Shown piece after piece: positions 60,101 to 64,000 of a stretch of DNA of 64,000 nucleotides (position 1 is the stretch's first letter; each line of letters begins with the position of its first letter). Position numbers and translations under genes: made by a program. The stretch lies in assembly GCA_963665845.2 (NCBI GenBank), contig OY762492.1:3584001-3648000 (forward strand), read 5' to 3'. The DNA is from Candidatus Poribacteria bacterium (lineage in GTDB: Bacteria > Poribacteria > WGA-4E > GCA-2687025). The notes beneath the pieces are model-generated. The model was not told where the DNA came from and did no database searches. It saw only the letters and a list, made by a program, of their open reading frames with translations.

Positions 60101-63100
60101 CTGTTGATGGGCGCGTTCAGCTCCTCGTCAAACGCGACCGACGAGGACGCGACCGTCGGATGCTGCGTGTCCAGCGTGAACGGACGCGCCAGCGCGAAAG
60201 TATGCCCTGCCCGGTCGGCGGCCGTCATCTGCGCTACATAGGCGCCGTCGCTGGAGCCGTCGTCTGCGAAAGGCTCGGCGGCCGTCCAGATGATCGTCCC
60301 GGAGCCGTCGTCTGTGCGGACGCCTGCCACTTCCGCTCCGTCGCTGTCAAAAACGGCGATGGAGGAGGCGCTGAGGTCGACGCCGGAGGCAGCGTCCGCA
60401 AGCGTGACGCTGATGACCGTCAGCGGCGAGTTCAGATAGCCTAAGCTGGTCAACAGCTCCAGCGGCAGCGCCGATGTAACGCGCGGCGCCTGCGTGTCCA
60501 GTATAAACGTGTACGATTCGGTCGGGCTGGTTTGCCCCGTTAGATCGACCGCCAAGGCGGAGACGGTGTAGGTTCCGTCGTCAAGACCGTTCTCGCGGAT
60601 CGGAACGTCGGGCGTCCATGTGAGCGCGTCGCCGTTCTGGGTTAAGGTTCCGTTCACCTCGCCGCGCGGGCCGGCCGCCTGTATGCGCGTCGCGCCGTCT
60701 GAAAAGTCCAGCCCCGCGCCGCTTCGGTCGGCGAAGACGGCGCCGACTTCAGTTAAAGAAGTTGCGTAGGATGAAGGCGCCGCCCCGTTCACCGTGACGC
60801 TGACGACAACGGGACCATCCAAGGTCACTGTAAAGGGCGTCAGCTCCGCTTCGGACATCGCATTGCCCGCCTCGTCGCTCAACCGAACCGAAAGCGTGTA
60901 GCCGCCGTTCTCATTGATTTCTGGGAAAACAAGCGTCAAGGTTTCGCCATCGAACGACTTCTGAAGCGGAATGGAACCGCCCGGACCGCTCAACGCAATC
61001 TGCGATGCGGACAGATCGACTCCGACGCCTTCGCCGTCGCTCAAGGTCAGCTGAACGCTGTTGATCGGAGAGGTCAGCTCCTCATCAAACGCAAGAGACG
61101 AGGAGACGACGGACGGCGCCTGCGTGTCCAGTATAAACGTATGGGACAAGATCGCGCTGGTTCGTCCGCGCTTGTCTACAGCCGAGGCGGAAACCGTATA
61201 AGAGCCGTCCGCGTCGATAATGCCGGTCGGCCGCCAGACGAGTCCCGAACCTTCCTCCTGGATAAAGCCGGTCACTGCGCCGTTCGGACCGTTGACAACA
61301 AGGCTGCTGCCGCCGTCGGTGAAGTCCAGCCCGACGCCGCCGCGGTCCGCAAACTGCGCCTGCGCTTCTGTTAAAGAGGAAACATACGCCGAGGGCGGCG
61401 CGCCGTTGATCGTCAAGCTGACCACCGCCGGACCGTCCAGCGTTACCGTAAAGGGCGTCAGCGCGGCTTCAGACATCGCATTGCCCGCCTCGTCGCTCAA
61501 CTGAACAGAAAGCGTGTAGCTGCCGTTCTCATTGATCTCTGGGAAAACAAGCGTCAAGGTTTCGCCGTCGAACGACTTCTGCAGCGGAATGGAACCGCCC
61601 GGACCGCTCAACGCAATCTGCGACGCCGACAAGTCAACCCCGACGCCGTCGCCGTCGCTCAAGGTCAACTGAACGCTGTTGATGGGGGAGGTCAGCTCTT
61701 CATCGAACGCGATAGACGAGGCGACGACGGACGGCGTCTGCGTGTCAAGCGCGAAAGGGCGCCTCATGGAGGCGGTAAGTCCGGCGCGGTCAACCGTGTT
61801 GACATGAAGAGTATAACGCCCGTCCGGAAGCGGCGCCGCCGCCGTCCACACAAGACCGCCGACTCCGTCGTCCGTTTGGACGCCCCGCATAGATTTGCCT
61901 TCGCTGTTGAAGACGCGAATCGATGAGGCGGACAGGTCAACTCCGGAGGAGGCGTCGCTGATCTGGACGGAGGCTTCTATGAACTCGAAGCTCACATAGC
62001 CGCCCGCGCTGAAAACGTTTGCGGGCTGAAGTCCGCTGATGCGCGGCGCCTGCGTGTCCATCGTGAACGAGTATTGCAGCGTCGGACCGGCGACGCCCCC
62101 TGGATACACAGGGGTTATGCGCACAGTATAGTCGCCGTCGTCTCGTCCGTCCGACGCCAGCGGCGTTTCAAGGGTCAGCGTCAACCTGTCAAAGGCAAAA
62201 GAATCGGAGCCGGCGACCGGCTCTCCGTTCGGCCCGATCAGCTCCATGGTGGAATCGTAGGTGGCGCCGCTCAGCTCTGCGACTACCGAAGAGAGCGAAC
62301 GCACATAGCTGCGGTGCGCAGGCTGAACGTTGGTGACGATCTTTTCCGCCTGCCGTATTTCAAAGACGGTTTGGGTCGGCGCGCTCACGTTGCCGGCTCG
62401 GTCGCGCAGCGTTGTTTCGATGCGGTATCGTCCATAGGCGGTGAGCCGATCCGTTGAAAGAGTAAAGATGCCCGATCCGTCATACTGTACCAGAGCCGGC
62501 AGGACCGCGTCGCCCGGCCCGATCACCTGTATTGTTGAGGCGTCAAAGTCGATGCCGCTGCCCTCGTCTAAAACGGAGATCGAAGCAATCAGCGGATACG
62601 ATATGTCCAAGATCGCTCCGTGCGCCAGCGACACCGACAGGATCGACGGCGCCGTGGTGTCCAGCGTGAAGCTTGTCTCGATGACGGAGGCTACGCCCTG
62701 TTTGTTTTCAACGTAAATAGAGACCGCATAGACGCCGTCGGCGGAGCCGTTGTTGGGAGCGGGGGCGTCCGCGGTGAACGCAATCGTCTGCGCGTTGTCA
62801 TGCGAGGCGCGCCCTGCCGCCGGCTGCCCATTGGGGTCGGCGACCGATATTTGAAGCGTGTCGAAGTTGATGCCGGAGCCGCTGTCGTCGCCCAGCTGCG
62901 CGGTGAACTGCGACCAGCGGTTCACATACGCCCCGTCGGCCGGTTCCGAAAGCGCCAAATACGGCTTTCGATTAGCGAGAGTGAACTCGCGCGTTTCGCT
63001 GACCGAATTCCCAGCGCGATCCACCAAGTCCCACACAACACGGTAGGTTCCGTCGTCCGTTCCGTCCGCGCGCAGAGGGGCAAACTCAAGCCGAAGCGAC

Positions 63101-64000
63101 TCGTCCGAGTCGACGCGCAGCGAAGACGGCACGACAGAGCCGGACGGCGACAGAAGCGCCGCAGTAGTAGCAGAAGTGTCCAGCCCCGATGCGTCTGGAG
63201 CGAGGGATAGAACGATCTGTTCAATGCCCCCGGTCAACATCGAGTTGGGCGCAGGCGTCATCGATAAAATGCGCGGAGCCTGCGTGTCCAATAGAAACGT
63301 ATGGGACAAGGTCGCGCTGGTTCGTCCGCGCTTGTCGACCGCCGAGGCGGAAACCGTATAAGAGCCGTCCGCGTCGATAATGCCGGTCGGGCGCCAGACG
63401 AGACCGGAGCCTTCCTCTTGAATAAACCCGTCCACCGCGCCGTCCGGACCCGTGACGGCGAGGCTGCTGCCGCCGTCGGTGAAGTCCAGCCCAACGCCGC
63501 CGCGGTCCGCAAACTGCGCACGCGCCTCCGTCAAGGAAGATACATACGCCGAGGGCGGCGCGCCGTTGATCGTCAAGCTGACAACCGCCGGACCGTCCAG
63601 CGTTACCGTAAAGGGCGTTAGCGCCGCTTCGGACATCGCATTGCCCGCCTCGTCGCTCAACTGAACCGAAAGCGTATAGCTGCCGTTCTCATTGATTTCG
63701 GGGAAAACAAGCGTCAAGGTTTCGCCATCGAACGACTTCTGCAGCGGAATAGAGCCGCCCGGACCGCTCAACGAAATCGCGGACGCCGACAGATCAACTC
63801 CGACGCCTTCCCCGTCGCTCAAGGTCAACTGAACGCTGTTGATGGGGGAGGTCAACTCCTCGTCAAAAGCAAGAGAAGACGAAACAACCGACGGAGCCTG
63901 CGTGTCCAATATAAACGTATGGGACAAGGTCGCGCTGGTTCGCCCGCGCTTGTCTACAGCCGAGGCGGAAACCGTGTAAGAGCCGTCTGCGTCAATAATG
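57175..64000 (-). CDS. Giant Ig-like repeat surface protein with a T9SS/FlgD-like C-terminal domain (5' end outside window)
   Basis: >2250 aa of ~100-aa LDTQAP...DG.Y...D.AGN modules; tail YVWPNP...VYTVAG.LV...WNLRND.G..VASGLYV. Confidence 0.88.
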   Translation of the reverse strand, partial: IIDADGSYTVSASAVDKRGRTSATLSHTFILDTQAPSVVSSSLAFDEELTSPINSVQLTLSDGEGVGVDLSASAISLSGPGGSIPLQKSFDGETLTLVFPEINENGSYTLSVQLSDEAGNAMSEAALTPFTVTLDGPAVVSLTINGAPPSAYVSSLTEARAQFADRGGVGLDFTDGGSSLAVTGPDGAVDGFIQEEGSGLVWRPTGIIDADGSYTVSASAVDKRGRTSATLSHTFLLDTQAPRILSMTPAPNSMLTGGIEQIVLSLAPDASGLDTSATTAALLSPSGSVVPSSLRVDSDESLRLEFAPLRADGTDDGTYRVVWDLVDRAGNSVSETREFTLANRKPYLALSEPADGAYVNRWSQFTAQLGDDSGSGINFDTLQISVADPNGQPAAGRASHDNAQTIAFTADAPAPNNGSADGVYAVSIYVENKQGVASVIETSFTLDTTAPSILSVSLAHGAILDISYPLIASISVLDEGSGIDFDASTIQVIGPGDAVLPALVQYDGSGIFTLSTDRLTAYGRYRIETTLRDRAGNVSAPTQTVFEIRQAEKIVTNVQPAHRSYVRSLSSVVAELSGATYDSTMELIGPNGEPVAGSDSFAFDRLTLTLETPLASDGRDDGDYTVRITPVYPGGVAGPTLQYSFTMDTQAPRISGLQPANVFSAGGYVSFEFIEASVQISDASSGVDLSASSIRVFNSEGKSMRGVQTDDGVGGLVWTAAAPLPDGRYTLHVNTVDRAGLTASMRRPFALDTQTPSVVASSIAFDEELTSPINSVQLTLSDGDGVGVDLSASQIALSGPGGSIPLQKSFDGETLTLVFPEINENGSYTLSVQLSDEAGNAMSEAALTPFTVTLDGPAVVSLTINGAPPSAYVSSLTEAQAQFADRGGVGLDFTDGGSSLVVNGPNGAVTGFIQEEGSGLVWRPTGIIDADGSYTVSASAVDKRGRTSAILSHTFILDTQAPSVVSSSLAFDEELTSPINSVQLTLSDGEGVGVDLSASQIALSGPGGSIPLQKSFDGETLTLVFPEINENGGYTLSVRLSDEAGNAMSEAELTPFTVTLDGPVVVSVTVNGAAPSSYATSLTEVGAVFADRSGAGLDFSDGATRIQAAGPRGEVNGTLTQNGDALTWTPDVPIRENGLDDGTYTVSALAVDLTGQTSPTESYTFILDTQAPRVTSALPLELLTSLGYLNSPLTVISVTLADAASGVDLSASSIAVFDSDGAEVAGVRTDDGSGTIIWTAAEPFADDGSSDGAYVAQMTAADRAGHTFALARPFTLDTQHPTVASSSVAFDEELNAPINSIQLTLTDGEGVGVDMSASSFALSGPGGSIPLQKTEDGNSVELVFPALKTNGVYTLSAVLADKAGNVMSEAALTPFTVRLSGPSVVGLSVNGAAPPPYASALTEARADFEDRGGVGLDFTDEGSSLQVTGPRGGVSGVLTTDGNALIWTPAIPLRTDGSDDGTYTVSAAAVDMGGRASPALTHTFILDTQAPRVASSSPVDAALPTNYVSASFSVLEASVVDVGPAGLEAGAMAIRLMAPSGGEVPSEASYNENGVMRLQLNNPLPTNGSGDGVYTLEIEAADRAGNALRMGSAVVYDTQPPALTASTPADGSVIDPTARQIALQVRDSVSGIDPAAASMTLTSPSGASIPGTTGVSIDGENSTVQFTFEKILTEVGDYVLSAELVDRAGNRRLIELRFYNASNTPTVIQTVPDTRLAETAYAEIGLAEVSALLREAPGSGISTAPGVSTIRLIDPQGNPVSGVQSSRGGNTLVLTLGRALRDDGSDDGTYQIEVTPANAAGIQGTTQTFAFVYDSQPPEILSSIGTYFPQSEFQQSGDAIAGFYVNVLDDTAGVDWENVDETWMSLENADGETVAGTVTGSSLLQTLQLVFLTPLASDGSEDGIYTLNIRAVDKAGNEADVSYQFLVDLTAPAIDAGSLTVNGLTIVTDANEMGYPTSVNSETGVEIAVTVTDESAGVDLARSGIVVTAPDGSQVDGTLRQNNLDRLVFESGPLTREGVYAVSVTAVGIDFSSLGVQPESVLGASFLYEKTAPTAAVTSSPGNAIFESEPAHLTGTALDEPQQGGEGSPPVPASGVALVEIGGVGPDGEELEWEAAEDDSPDAQNPWSQWSSDFLPSRSGTYRVLVRVTDRAGNSAVVDAGMYEFTTALAFKGPVYVWPNPLSRSRGDTAHFSFETNQADQAEWRLSVYTVAGALVYRASGQAERERQANSQSATWNLRNDGGQAVASGLYVFRLEIDDGQSVFRKMGRMLVVK

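Overview
GC-rich bacterial chromosome segment. The gene mix (PduL plus a microcompartment-type flavoprotein, sulfatase, PhyH dioxygenase, UROD-like protein, PorV-like protein, giant Ig-repeat protein with a T9SS/FlgD-like C-terminus) suggests Candidatus Poribacteria or a similar diderm lineage; this is inference only. In order: a complex I operon nuoA-CD-E-F-G-H-J-K-L lacking nuoB and nuoI (nuoI lies 29 kb away, next to moaA); a pduL-flavoprotein-CHAD-ppx cluster; holA and MoxR; a ~12 kb defence island (16.3-28.4 kb); surface polysaccharide genes; fused glyQS, rpsO-pnp; catabolic genes; and a secreted giant-protein/PorV operon cut by the window end. The island holds a Type ISP-like restriction-modification enzyme, a low-GC HEPN-like gene, a TPR-fused antitoxin with a RelE/ParE toxin, and a tandem array of three mosaic 'long helical domain + VapB-like tail' antitoxins. 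Each of those three is followed by a PIN toxin broken by a -1 shift at an AAAAG motif. This array is the best candidate for an undescribed system. A second novelty is a small IS3-end-like element whose outer ends sit 10-13 bp from outward-facing -35 boxes. All calls are from motif recognition by eye; no searches were run.
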